DNA of 64,000 bases, taken from assembly GCA_965223855.1 (NCBI GenBank), contig CBDCXM010000009.1, positions 2,464,001-2,528,000 of the forward strand, given 5' to 3'. The stretch is from Candidatus Multivoradales bacterium. GTDB lineage: Bacteria; Acidobacteriota; Thermoanaerobaculia; Multivoradales; JAHEKO01. The position numbers were made by a program, and so were the translations under genes. The notes beneath the pieces are model-generated. The model worked only from the letters and a program-made list of their open reading frames with translations. It did not search any database and was not told where the DNA came from. The number at the start of each line of letters is the position of its first letter. The stretch's first letter is position 1. Shown here piece by piece: positions 8,869 to 18,432 of this stretch.

Positions 8869-9048
8869 GTCGGGCAGGCGGTGACGGGAGGCGGGGTCGC
8901 TGCACCAGTTAGCGGAGCCTGTCGTGTAGACAGCACGACCCGCCTCGGCGCGGCACGGTGGCGCGGGAGCGCCGAGGCTCCGCGGGCGCCGACACGAGGG
9001 CGAAGCCGACTATGATGGCGCCCCCATGCGCATCGCGAGACCGGATTC

Positions 9049-10128
9049 ATGACCCTGCTGCTGATCTACGTCGCCGTCGCCCTCGGCTTCTCCTTCATCT
9101 GCTCCGTGCTGGAGGCGGTGCTGCTTTCGATCACCCCCGCCTACGTCGGCACCCTCAACGAGAAGCGACCGGCGCTGGCGACGACGTTGCGCAAGCTCAA
9201 GGAGGATGTCGACCGTCCGCTGGCAGCGATCCTTTCTCTCAACACCATCGCTCACACTGTCGGGGCGGTGGGCGTAGGTGCCGAGGCGCAGAAGCTTTGG
9301 GGCTCCGAAGTGCTGACGATCGCCTCGGCGGTCCTCACGCTGCTGGTGCTGTTCCTGTCGGAGATCATCCCCAAGACACTGGGTGCGGTCTATTGGCGCC
9401 GGTTGGCCCCGCTGGCCGCCTGGCTGCTGCCGCCGCTGATCTGGGTTCTCTTCCCGCTGGTCTGGGTGTCGCAGCTCATGTCGGGGATGTTCTCGGCCGG
9501 AAAGAAGAAGGGGCGTACCGTGCTGCCGGAGGAGATTGCGGCCATGGCGCAGCTCGGTTTCAAGGCCGGCACGGTCGAGGAGCTGGAAGGCAATATCGTG
9601 CGCAACCTCTTCCGTCTCGGTGACGTTCGGGTTCGCGACATCATGACGCCCCGCACCGTGGTCTTCACCCTGGAGGCGACGCGGACGGTGGCGTCGGTGC
9701 TCGACGAGCATTCGAAGCTGCCGTTCTCCCGCATTCCGCTGTGGAGCGAGGATCCGCACAACGTCGTCGGCTACGTTCGTCGCGACGCCCTCCTCGATGC
9801 CGGTCGCAAGGAGGGGGAGCGCGAGATCGGCGAGTTGATGACGCCGATTCTCGTCGTGCCGGAGACGTTGACGGTGTGGCGACTGTTCGAGCGCCTCATC
9901 GACGAGCGGGAGCACATCACGGTCGTGATCGACGAGTTCGGCAGCGTCGCCGGTCTGGCGACGATGGAGGATGTGCTCGAGACGCTGCTCGGCCTGGAGA
10001 TCGTCGATGAGGTCGATCCGGTCCCGGACATGAGGGCGCTCGCGCGCCAGAGATGGGAGGAGAGGGCGCAGAGGCTCGGCATCCCGGTGGAGAGCGTCGC
10101 CGACGAGTCCGGCGAGTCCGATGGGTGA
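9049..10128 (+). CDS. CNNM/CorB (DUF21 plus CBS pair) metal transport protein
   Basis: FSFICSVLEAVLLS, LFLSEIIPKTLG, IMTPRT, VIDEFGSVAGLATMEDVLE. Confidence 0.92.
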   Translation: MTLLLIYVAVALGFSFICSVLEAVLLSITPAYVGTLNEKRPALATTLRKLKEDVDRPLAAILSLNTIAHTVGAVGVGAEAQKLWGSEVLTIASAVLTLLVLFLSEIIPKTLGAVYWRRLAPLAAWLLPPLIWVLFPLVWVSQLMSGMFSAGKKKGRTVLPEEIAAMAQLGFKAGTVEELEGNIVRNLFRLGDVRVRDIMTPRTVVFTLEATRTVASVLDEHSKLPFSRIPLWSEDPHNVVGYVRRDALLDAGRKEGEREIGELMTPILVVPETLTVWRLFERLIDEREHITVVIDEFGSVAGLATMEDVLETLLGLEIVDEVDPVPDMRALARQRWEERAQRLGIPVESVADESGESDG

Positions 10129-10666
10129 CGGGAGCCTCCGAAGGAACCGGCTGGTGGCCGCCGCCGTCGCCGCCCTGATGGCGTCGAGCGGGATCTCGGC
10201 CGGCGAGAAGACCGACCCGGAGCCCTTCTTCTTCGCCCTCTCGGTCGCCGACGTCGATGCCAGTGTCGACTGGTATGAGCGACTCTTCGCTTTCGAGACG
10301 AGCCGGCAGGTCGATCTGCCGGAGAGGGGGCTCAGGATCCGGCTCCTGGCGCGCCCCGGTGCTCTGCTGGAACTGATCGAGAGCAGCGCAGCGGCTCCGC
10401 TCGTTCGTCATGCTCCCGCGGTCGAGCGTCGGCATGAAGTCCATGGCGTCTTCAAGTTCGGCTTCCTCGTCGCCGATCTCGACGAGATGATGGACACCCT
10501 CGAGCGGGAGGGAGTGCCGCCCAGGGGAGAGGTGATCGTGGAACCCGACGGCACCCTGCGTTCGCTCCAGGTCGAGGATCCCGACGGCAACGTCGTTCAG
10601 GTGTTCGAGCACCTGAGCGACGCCGCGATGTCGCAGCCGGGGCGGGACGAGCCGCTCGAGGAGTGA
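10121..10666 (+). CDS. Exported VOC/glyoxalase family protein
   Basis: Signal-like N-terminus; ALSVADVDASVDWY ... EDPDGNVVQVFE. Confidence 0.8.
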   Translation: MGDGSLRRNRLVAAAVAALMASSGISAGEKTDPEPFFFALSVADVDASVDWYERLFAFETSRQVDLPERGLRIRLLARPGALLELIESSAAAPLVRHAPAVERRHEVHGVFKFGFLVADLDEMMDTLEREGVPPRGEVIVEPDGTLRSLQVEDPDGNVVQVFEHLSDAAMSQPGRDEPLEE

Positions 10667-10670
10667 GAGG

Positions 10671-11324
10671 ATGGCGGCGATGAGAGCCTCGCGGCTTCAC
10701 TGGACTCTGGTGCTGGTCGGCTTCTTCGCTTCGACGGCGAGTGTCGCGCAGATCGCGTCCGGATCGACACGGGCGTGGATCGCACAGGTGGACGGCGTCC
10801 TCTCCGGGGAGGCCATCGAGGCCGGGCGACTGGAGGTGGCTGCCCACAGGCTCGAGGGATACCTCATCGTCGAGGTGCGCTCTCCGGCCCCGCAGTCGGT
10901 GGCGCTGTGCCTCGGGCGTGGAGAGGTGGTCACCGCGCTGGTCGCCGATGCGGGGCTCCACAGTCGGCGCTACCGTGGCGGTGGCACACAATGGCATCTT
11001 CAGCAGGCGATCTCCCCGCTGCCGCGAGGCGAAGTCGAGCCGTCACGCGGGATGCAGGTCGGGGCCCTCGCCGATCTCTTCGAGGTGCACGGCTGGGTGG
11101 CGAGCCCTGCCGGCATGGGGGTGCCGGGGCACACGGAGTTCGTCGTCGGGCCCGAGCTGGCGGGCGCCGATCGCTTCGCGGTCGCCGTCCTTGCCGAGGG
11201 CGAGCCCCTCGATGCCCTCACGTGGCCGGACGGTGGCCCGGCCGGCTGTAGCGACCGGCGGCTACCGGAGGGCGCGGTGCTGACTCTCGACTTCGGTGGC
11301 GGTGATTGGCTGCCGCTTCACTGA
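10671..11324 (+). CDS. Exported hypothetical protein
   Basis: Signal peptide (ASVA|Q), RBS, operonic spacing after the previous gene. Confidence 0.6.
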   Translation: MAAMRASRLHWTLVLVGFFASTASVAQIASGSTRAWIAQVDGVLSGEAIEAGRLEVAAHRLEGYLIVEVRSPAPQSVALCLGRGEVVTALVADAGLHSRRYRGGGTQWHLQQAISPLPRGEVEPSRGMQVGALADLFEVHGWVASPAGMGVPGHTEFVVGPELAGADRFAVAVLAEGEPLDALTWPDGGPAGCSDRRLPEGAVLTLDFGGGDWLPLH

Positions 11325-11387
11325 GCGACTCGGCGCGCTGAAGAGCCGCTCCACTGAGGGCGTCGCTCACCGCTGAAAAAGCCGTCT

Positions 11388-12461
11388 TCAGTCGTCGTCG
11401 GCGTCGACCAGCCCCTTCATCTCGGTCGTCACCGTCACGACCTCCTCGAGGACCAGACCGACCGTCTCGCCACGCGGGATGACGGCGGCCTTGCCGTCTG
11501 CCTTCGAGGCGACGACTGCCGTTCCCGCGGCGGCGCCGACGGCCGCTCCCGCCAGCACTTCGCCGCCGCCCTTGCCGCCGAGGACCCGTCCAAGGACCGC
11601 GCCGGCGATCGCTCCGACGACGATCTTCTTCCTCTCACCCTTGGCGCTCCGGCCCTGCTCGGACATCGAGGCCTCGAGGACGAGGGTCTCTCCCGAGGGC
11701 AGAATCAGTTCGTTGAAGGCGATCGCGATCGACGCCTGGCCCCCGACTCTCTTGAGCGGCGTGACTTCTATCACCTCGCCCCGGATAGGGGCACCGGCGC
11801 GAACCGCCAGCTCACCGCCCTCGCCGTAGAGGTCGCGGGCGAGACGAGCGTCGAAGCGATCGCCGACCCGGTGGGTCTCGCTGCTGAGGGTCTCGTCGAT
11901 CTCGATATGGAGCACCGTGCCCGGGCTGAGCGTCGCCTGCCTGGGCGGTGACGCGGAAGCTTCCGTGCCGTCCTCCGGGGCAGGGGACGGCGAGGCCGAT
12001 GGGTCGATTTCGGCACTCTGCTCGGCGACCTCGGCTTCGATTCGCGCTTCCCGCTCGGCCAGTTCCCGCTCCCAGAGCCCAAGCTCACGGGCGCGCTCCT
12101 CGTCCGCCTCGCGCTCGGCGGCGAGCCGGTCGAGCTCCGCCTGCCGGCGCTCGCGGGCTTCGGCCTGTCGCTGCTGTTCGGCCAGTGCCGCCTGCTCGGC
12201 TTCCAGCCGCGCCTGCTCTTCCTCCTGACGCATCTGTTCTTCGCGCTCCACCGCGAGACGGGCAGCTTCGTTCTCTGAGGCGATCTGTTCGAGCTCCTCT
12301 CGCTGAGCCGCCAACTGGCGCTCGAGCTCTTCGACTTGGCTTTGCAGGGTGTCGGCCTGCCGCTCTTCTCGGCCGGCATCCTGAAGGCAGCCGGACAGCG
12401 TGAGCAGCAGGAGCGCTATCAGCGCCGTCGGGCGGTGGGTGAAGGGGAGGGGTCTGATCAT
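11388..12461 (-). CDS. Lipoprotein with coiled coil, TrbI/VirB10-like beta domain and glycine zipper
   Basis: Lipobox LSGC; E/R/Q-rich coiled coil; PGTVLHIEIDETLSS...VGDRFDARL; GAIAGAVLGRVLGG...GAAVGAAAG. Confidence 0.75.
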   Translation of the reverse strand: MIRPLPFTHRPTALIALLLLTLSGCLQDAGREERQADTLQSQVEELERQLAAQREELEQIASENEAARLAVEREEQMRQEEEQARLEAEQAALAEQQRQAEARERRQAELDRLAAEREADEERARELGLWERELAEREARIEAEVAEQSAEIDPSASPSPAPEDGTEASASPPRQATLSPGTVLHIEIDETLSSETHRVGDRFDARLARDLYGEGGELAVRAGAPIRGEVIEVTPLKRVGGQASIAIAFNELILPSGETLVLEASMSEQGRSAKGERKKIVVGAIAGAVLGRVLGGKGGGEVLAGAAVGAAAGTAVVASKADGKAAVIPRGETVGLVLEEVVTVTTEMKGLVDADDD

Positions 12462-12591
12462 CTCGGGTTCCTTTCCAGTCGAGCACTCGAGGAGTGCAAA
12501 GCCGGTCCCAGGTCACTCTATTCCCTGCGGGCTTCCGGCGAGAGCGCGGCCCCGGTTCCGGCGAGTGCGACGGTGTCCGACTCGGGATACG

Positions 12592-12813
12592 ATGCCTGAG
12601 GTCATGGATCTCGATTCGATTCTCGAAGGCGCCAACTGGCGCGTCATCATCGTGCTGGCGGTGTTGTGGGTTCTGCCACGAATCGTCCGTGCTTTGCGGA
12701 GCCGGCCGGGATCGGTGGAATCGATCGAGGATCGCCATCCCCGCCACAGCGAACTCGACTCCGCCGAGGCGCGCGAGGGAGGCACGGGACCGCCACCAAT
12801 CGTGCCCAGGTAA
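12592..12813 (+). CDS. Small single-TM hypothetical protein (73 aa)
   Basis: WRVIIVLAVLWVLPRIV helix; fills the gap upstream of the M12 peptidase. Confidence 0.45.
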   Translation: MPEVMDLDSILEGANWRVIIVLAVLWVLPRIVRALRSRPGSVESIEDRHPRHSELDSAEAREGGTGPPPIVPR

Positions 12814-12865
12814 GGCGCTCGGTTCTGCCACTCGGCAGCGACGAGCCGGAAGGGAGGAAGACAGC

Positions 12866-14317
12866 GTGATCTCCAACCGCGGAAAGCTCTGTGTCGTCGC
12901 CCTCATGTTCCATGGTGCCGCATCGCTGGGAGCGGCGCCGACTCCGCTCTCCGGCGATCTCGCCGCCGCGATCCGCAACGTACCGCCCGGCGGGAGTCTC
13001 GAGGTCACTGGAGTCGATCTCGAGGGACTCGGCGCGACCGCACTTCACCTGACCCGCTTCGAGGTCTTCGACGCGAAGGCGCGGCTGCTGGTGCGAGGAG
13101 TCGAGGAGGTGCGGGAGCTGCCGGTTCCCGGCAACCGTTACCTGCGTGGATGGGTCGACGGCGATCGCGCTTCGCTTGCCTATCTCTCGCTCAGCGAGGA
13201 CGGGGAGATCCGGGGGCTGGTCAGGGCGGGTGGCCGCTTCCACCTGATCGGGAACCGCGAGCGCGGAGTGGCTCTCGAAGCAGTCGAGGTGCGAGCCGTC
13301 GACGCCGCCTCCCTGGGGCGCGAGGCGAGCGAGTTCTCGTGCGCGACCGACTCGCTCACCGTGGAGCCGGGAGCGCTGTTGCGAGGTTTCGGCGCTGCCG
13401 CTCCCTCCGCACCCGCTCGAGCGACCGCGGGCGGCAGCTACACGGTCCGCCTGGGGATCGAGACGGACAACGAGTATCTGGCGCTCTTCGGTGGCAACAC
13501 CTTCGACGCGATCGACTACGCGGCCGACGTGATCGCCTTCGCGTCGACCCTCTACGACGCGGAGACCGCGACCGACTTTCGCATCATCGAGGTCTCGCTG
13601 TGGGAGGCACCGGACCCGTGGTTGGAGTCTGCCACCTTCTGCGGCCTCCTGGAGTTCGGGCGCTACTGGAACGACAACTACGGCGGCACGGTGGGGGGAG
13701 AGGTCTACTCGGCCGGCCACTTTTTCAGTGGCAAGAACAACGGCGGCGGCGTCGCCTGGGTCGGGGTGCTCTGTTCGGGAGCGTTCAACTACAACCACGA
13801 GGGCAACTGCTCGCTCTCGCCTGCGACCGACAACTATGGAGGACCCTACGGCTACAGCGGCGACCTCGACGGTAACTTCGACCTCGGCAACCCGCAGGTT
13901 GTGTGGGACGTCTACGTCGTCGCTCACGAGCTCGGCCACAACTTCGATTCGCCGCATACGCACTGCTACGCCGGCCTCCAGGGCAACCCGAACCCGATCG
14001 ACATGTGCTTCTCCGGCGAGGACGGCTGCTACGTCGGAGCGACCTCGCTGCCTTCCGGGTGCCCCGGATCAGGCTCCGCCTGCGGCACGGTGATGAGCTA
14101 CTGCAATCAGATGGCCGGAGGGATCGGCAACATCGGGTTCAGCCTGGGCACGGGCCATCCCTACGGCGTGGCGCCGGGCCGGGTGCCGACCCAGATGGGC
14201 GATCACCTGGCGGTCGTCTCTTCGGCGAACCCCGCCTGCCTGGCGCGGGCTGCCGAGATCTTCAGCGACGGCTTCGAGAGCGGCGACACGCTCAGCTGGT
14301 CGGTGACCATCCCGTGA
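12866..14317 (+). CDS. Secreted M12B/reprolysin-like zinc metallopeptidase with C-terminal IFSDGFESGDTLSWS tag
   Basis: HELGHNFDSPH zinc motif, Met-turn TVMSY, prodomain FSCATD; GTG 12866 follows GAGGAAG. Confidence 0.9.
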   Translation: MISNRGKLCVVALMFHGAASLGAAPTPLSGDLAAAIRNVPPGGSLEVTGVDLEGLGATALHLTRFEVFDAKARLLVRGVEEVRELPVPGNRYLRGWVDGDRASLAYLSLSEDGEIRGLVRAGGRFHLIGNRERGVALEAVEVRAVDAASLGREASEFSCATDSLTVEPGALLRGFGAAAPSAPARATAGGSYTVRLGIETDNEYLALFGGNTFDAIDYAADVIAFASTLYDAETATDFRIIEVSLWEAPDPWLESATFCGLLEFGRYWNDNYGGTVGGEVYSAGHFFSGKNNGGGVAWVGVLCSGAFNYNHEGNCSLSPATDNYGGPYGYSGDLDGNFDLGNPQVVWDVYVVAHELGHNFDSPHTHCYAGLQGNPNPIDMCFSGEDGCYVGATSLPSGCPGSGSACGTVMSYCNQMAGGIGNIGFSLGTGHPYGVAPGRVPTQMGDHLAVVSSANPACLARAAEIFSDGFESGDTLSWSVTIP

Positions 14318-14344
14318 ACCCCCCTCGCGCGTGAGAACTTCAGG

Positions 14345-15364
14345 CTAGAGTTCGGCTCGCTCGTGAGCGAGGCGCAGGGCGGCGGCATCCGTCGTGATGC
14401 CCTCGGCGTCCGCCAGCTCGAGGACCGCCAGCGTGGTGTCGTAGATCCCCTCGAGACGCGCGGCCATCTCGTTCTCGTCGATGCGGCCGAGTTCGCGGGC
14501 GCCGCTGATGATGCCGCCGGCGCTGACGACGTAGTCGGGTGCCCAGGCGATGCCTCGTTCTCTGAGGCGGTCGGCGTCGGCGGCGCTCGCGAGCTGATTG
14601 TTGGCGGCGCCGCAGACGCCGCGAGCGCGCAGCCGCCCGATGCTGGCAGCGTTGAGGACCGCTCCGAGGGCGCAGGGAGAGACGAGGTCGACCTCCGCCT
14701 CCAGCACACCGTCGCTGTCGACAGGGGTCGCTCCGGTTTCCTCGCATACACGGCGAAGCCGCTCCCGATCGACGTCGGCGACCTGCACCCTGGCTCCCGC
14801 GTCGGCCAGGTGGCCGCACAGCTTGGCCCCGACCCCACCTGCTCCCTGGACGGCGATCGTCACCCCGTCGAGGCTCGGACGACCCAGCACGCGCTCCGCC
14901 ATCGCCCGCAAGCCATGGAAGAGCCCGATCGCCGTCGCGACCGAGGTGTCGGCCCCCGGAAGGCCGGCGACATAGCGGGTGGCCTCCCGGATCACGGCCA
15001 TGTCGTCGGCGTTGGTGCCGACGTCGGGAGCGCACAGGTAGCGACCGCCGAGCCGGTCGACCGCCGTGCCGAAGGCTCGAAGCAGCTCGGCGCTCTTGTC
15101 GCGCGCGGGATCGCCGAGAATGACGCTCTTGCCGCCGCCCCAACCGAGCCCGGTCAGCGCCCACTTGTGCGTCATCGCGCGGCTGAGACGGAGGACGTCG
15201 GTGAGGGCCGCTTCGCCGCTCTCGTAGGGCCGGAACCGAATCCCACCGAGTGCGGCGCCACCGCGGACCCTGTGAAGGGCGATGATCGCCCGAAGGCCGA
15301 CCTCGGACTCGTGAAGGTGGAGGATCTCCTCGTGACCGTCCCATTCGAGATGCTCGAAGACCAT
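14345..15364 (-). CDS. Glu/Leu/Phe/Val dehydrogenase (leucine dehydrogenase-like)
   Basis: ALGGIR, GGGKSVI, PDVGT, QGAGGVG, PCALG, GAANNQL, APDYVVSAGG. Confidence 0.92.
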   Translation of the reverse strand: MVFEHLEWDGHEEILHLHESEVGLRAIIALHRVRGGAALGGIRFRPYESGEAALTDVLRLSRAMTHKWALTGLGWGGGKSVILGDPARDKSAELLRAFGTAVDRLGGRYLCAPDVGTNADDMAVIREATRYVAGLPGADTSVATAIGLFHGLRAMAERVLGRPSLDGVTIAVQGAGGVGAKLCGHLADAGARVQVADVDRERLRRVCEETGATPVDSDGVLEAEVDLVSPCALGAVLNAASIGRLRARGVCGAANNQLASAADADRLRERGIAWAPDYVVSAGGIISGARELGRIDENEMAARLEGIYDTTLAVLELADAEGITTDAAALRLAHERAEL

Positions 15365-15447
15365 GGCTCGATCCTATCCTCGGCTCGAGGCTCTCCAGAC
15401 GGATGGAGAGAGGAATACGAGGCCCGGGGCGATGTTGGAGACCGGTG

Positions 15448-16824
15448 ATGGTCGCCTTTGCAACCGTGCTCTTCTCTCTGGTGGTCGGTGTCGTGCCGGT
15501 CGAGCTGCTGGTCGGAGCCGGCGTCGAGGCCGTGGAGGTGCGGCTCGACGGCCGCCCGATCGCCCGGCTCGACGGCGAACCATGGTCTCTTGAATGCGAC
15601 TTCGGGGACGAACTGCTGCCACACCGCCTGGAGGCAATCGCCCTCGACGCCTCGGGCGTAGAGGTAGCGCGTGCCGTTCAGTGGGTGAACGTCGCCGGTC
15701 CCCGTGCGGCTCTGGAGCTGTCGACCGGTGGCACTCCCGAGAAGGGCGGCGAGGCTCGACTGTCCTGGGACAGCGTGCTCGGAGAGGACCCGGAGCGGCT
15801 GAGCGTGACCTTCGACGGCGAGCCGATCCAGGTCGACGGCAACGTCGTGCGTTGGCCCCCCTACGATCCCGACCGGGTGCACGTCGTACGGGCGGAGGCG
15901 ACCTTTCCCGGCGGTCTCGAGGCGTCCGCTCACGCGACGCTCGGCGCCTGGGGCACCACAACGGCCAGTCATATGACGGCGGTGCCGGTCGAGTGGACAG
16001 GCTCAGGGGAGCCGGATCCGGCCGTCATGAACGGATGGTTCGAGGCCGCCGGGGCCACGCTGGAGGTCGTAGCGGTCGAGAAGCCGCTCGCCGAGATCGT
16101 GATCGTGCGGGATCGCCAGACGCAATGGCAGATGGATCACCTCGCTCGAACCGAAGCGGCGCCGCAACCGCCGATCGTGACGCAGCCACCCGGTGCCAGC
16201 GCCTCGCAGGGCTTCGGGCGGGATAGCGGTTTCGGTCCTCCTGCGGTGGCGACGTCGGTGCGAAGCCGTCTGCGGTTCGAGGCCGATCAGCGCGTGCGCC
16301 TGCTGGGCACGACACCTCACCTGGCGGGAGAGGGAGGGCTGGAGAGGCGCGTCTTCCCGCGGTCGGATCCCTACGGGCGCAACGACGGAGGCCTGCTCTG
16401 GCTGTTGGCGACTCGCGAGCCCGCGAAGGAGCGCGCCGGGCCTCAGCCGCTGACGGATGCCGTCGCCGTGGCGGGTCAGTCGGCAGCGGAGGGACACCGG
16501 CGGCGGGTGGTCGTCCTCTTCACCTCGGGTCGCGACGAGGACGTGAGTGAGCTCGATCCCGCACAGGTGCGGCGCTATCTGGCCGCGCTCGGAGTGCCGC
16601 TCGAGGTCTGGACCGCCTCGCGGCCCGAGAGCGGGAGCTCCGGGCGGTCGGCCGGGTCGTGGGGAGACGCCACCCTGATTCGGGACGCGGAGTCGCTTCG
16701 GCGCGCACAAAGACGTCTCAACCGGCGCCTCGAACGTCAGCGGATCGTCTGGGTGCGGGGGGCCTTCCTGCCGCAGGACGTCTCCCTGACCGCTGCGGTG
16801 AGATCGCTGGCGCTGTTGCGCTGA
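15448..16824 (+). CDS. Exported hypothetical protein with Ig-like N-terminus and degenerate VWA-like C-terminus
   Basis: Ig-like VEVRLDG...HRLEAIALD; VWA-like LTDAVAVAG...RRRVVVLFT...DVSELDPAQVRRYL; start uncertain. Confidence 0.6.
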   Translation: MVAFATVLFSLVVGVVPVELLVGAGVEAVEVRLDGRPIARLDGEPWSLECDFGDELLPHRLEAIALDASGVEVARAVQWVNVAGPRAALELSTGGTPEKGGEARLSWDSVLGEDPERLSVTFDGEPIQVDGNVVRWPPYDPDRVHVVRAEATFPGGLEASAHATLGAWGTTTASHMTAVPVEWTGSGEPDPAVMNGWFEAAGATLEVVAVEKPLAEIVIVRDRQTQWQMDHLARTEAAPQPPIVTQPPGASASQGFGRDSGFGPPAVATSVRSRLRFEADQRVRLLGTTPHLAGEGGLERRVFPRSDPYGRNDGGLLWLLATREPAKERAGPQPLTDAVAVAGQSAAEGHRRRVVVLFTSGRDEDVSELDPAQVRRYLAALGVPLEVWTASRPESGSSGRSAGSWGDATLIRDAESLRRAQRRLNRRLERQRIVWVRGAFLPQDVSLTAAVRSLALLR

Positions 16825-16940
16825 CCCAGCCAGCGCCGCATGCGCCCAGGGGGTGCAGCCACGCCGGCCGTCGGGAGTGGGCCGCTCCGGGCGATGTCGA
16901 GCGTGAGAGGGAAGGGCTAGAGTAGGAGGGACTCCGACCC

Positions 16941-18161
16941 GTGCACGAGACCGACCCAACGAACGAATCCCCCCTCGCCGGCCTGCGCGTCATCGAGATG
17001 ACGGAAGCGTTGGCGGGTCCCTACTGCGCGATGATGCTCGGGGATCTGGGAGCCGACGTCATCAAGATCGAGCGCCTCGGCGAGGGTGACCAGTCGCGCA
17101 AGTGGGGGCCGCCCTTCCTCGAGGGAGAGAGCGCCTACTTCCTCTCCGTCAACCGCAACAAGCGCAGCCTCGAGCTCGACGTCAAGGACGCCGAAGATGC
17201 GGGCGTACTGCAAAGGCTGCTGGCGACCGCCGACGTCTTCGTCACCAACAATCCAAGGCGTGCTTCTCTCGAGCGCCTCGGACTCGACGCCGGGTCGCTG
17301 CGGCGACGCTTCCCGGCGCTCGTCCATGTCGCGATCTCGGGCTACGGTCACTCCGGGCCCAAGGCGGGGCGGGCGGGCTACGACCTGATCGCCCAGGGAG
17401 AGGCGGGTCTCATGGCGCTCACCGGCGCCGAGTCCGACGGGCCGATGCGGTTCCCGACCGCGATGGCGGACATCAGCGCCGGGGTCTACGCCACCCTCGG
17501 GGCGTTGGCGGCGCTCTATCGGCGCGATCGATCGGGCGGCAGCGGTGAGGGAGCCGCGATCGACGTTTCCCTGCTCGACAGTCAGGTTGCGTGGCTCGCC
17601 AACATCGGCAGCACCTGCCTCGCGACCGGGGAGCGGCCGGTGAAGATCGGCAACCTTCACCCGACGATCACTCCGTACCAGCCGATGCGCGCCCGCGATG
17701 GCGACCTGATCGTCGCGGTCGGCACCGACCGGCTCTGGCGGCGCTTCTGCGAGGTGCTGGAGATCTCCGGCTCGGTGGGCGCCGACGAGCGGTTCGCCAC
17801 GAATCCCGGGCGCAACGAGCATCGCGAGACGCTGATCCCTCTGCTCGAAGAGCGCCTCGCGCGCAGAGATGCCGCCGAGTGGGTCGAGGCTCTCGTCGCC
17901 GCCGACGTGCCGGCGGGGCCGATCCTCTTTCCCGATCAGACCTTGCAGGAGCCGCAGGTTCTGGCCCGCGGGATGGTGGTCGAGCTGGAGCACCCGTTGA
18001 TCGGCACGGTGCGATCGATCGGCAACCCGATCCACATGAACGACGGGCCGACCTACCGCCGGCATCCGCCGCGACTCGGAGAGCACAACGAGGAACTGAG
18101 AGCGGAACTGGAGGCAACTTCGGACGAGGCGCCGCGTATCAGGGGCAGGAGGACACGATGA
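16941..18161 (+). CDS. CaiB/BaiF class III CoA-transferase
   Basis: PLAGLRVIE, AGPYCAMMLGDLGADVIKIE, NRNKRS, GYDLIAQ; AGGAGG RBS. Confidence 0.95.
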   Translation: MHETDPTNESPLAGLRVIEMTEALAGPYCAMMLGDLGADVIKIERLGEGDQSRKWGPPFLEGESAYFLSVNRNKRSLELDVKDAEDAGVLQRLLATADVFVTNNPRRASLERLGLDAGSLRRRFPALVHVAISGYGHSGPKAGRAGYDLIAQGEAGLMALTGAESDGPMRFPTAMADISAGVYATLGALAALYRRDRSGGSGEGAAIDVSLLDSQVAWLANIGSTCLATGERPVKIGNLHPTITPYQPMRARDGDLIVAVGTDRLWRRFCEVLEISGSVGADERFATNPGRNEHRETLIPLLEERLARRDAAEWVEALVAADVPAGPILFPDQTLQEPQVLARGMVVELEHPLIGTVRSIGNPIHMNDGPTYRRHPPRLGEHNEELRAELEATSDEAPRIRGRRTR

Positions 18162-18358
18162 CGACCTTTCTACTTTGGCTTCTGCTGCTGATCGTCTGCT
18201 GGCCGGCGGCTTTGCTGGCGCTGGTGCTCTATCCGCTGGTCTGGTTGCTCCTGTTGCCGTTCCGGCTGGTCGGGCTGGCGGTGGACGGCGTCTTCAGCTT
18301 TCTCGGAGCGCTCATCCGTCTGCCCGCCAGACTCCTGGCCGGGCCGCAGCGCGCCTGA
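18158..18358 (+). CDS. Small hydrophobic membrane protein (66 aa)
   Basis: MTTFLLWLLLLIVCWPAALLALVLYPLVWLLLLPFRLVG...; ATGA overlap with the CoA-transferase stop; AGGAGG RBS. Confidence 0.75.
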   Translation: MTTFLLWLLLLIVCWPAALLALVLYPLVWLLLLPFRLVGLAVDGVFSFLGALIRLPARLLAGPQRA

Positions 18359-18432
18359 TCTCCCCTCGCTCGGCTTCCGGGTCTGCGCCGCCGCTCTGAC
18401 ACAATCGGCGCCGTCCGGAGCGGAGGAGTGCG

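Noticed and set aside
11388-12461. VirB10-like domain as evidence of a type IV secretion system
   Set aside because: No other T4SS genes are in the window, and stand-alone lipoproteins with this domain are common.
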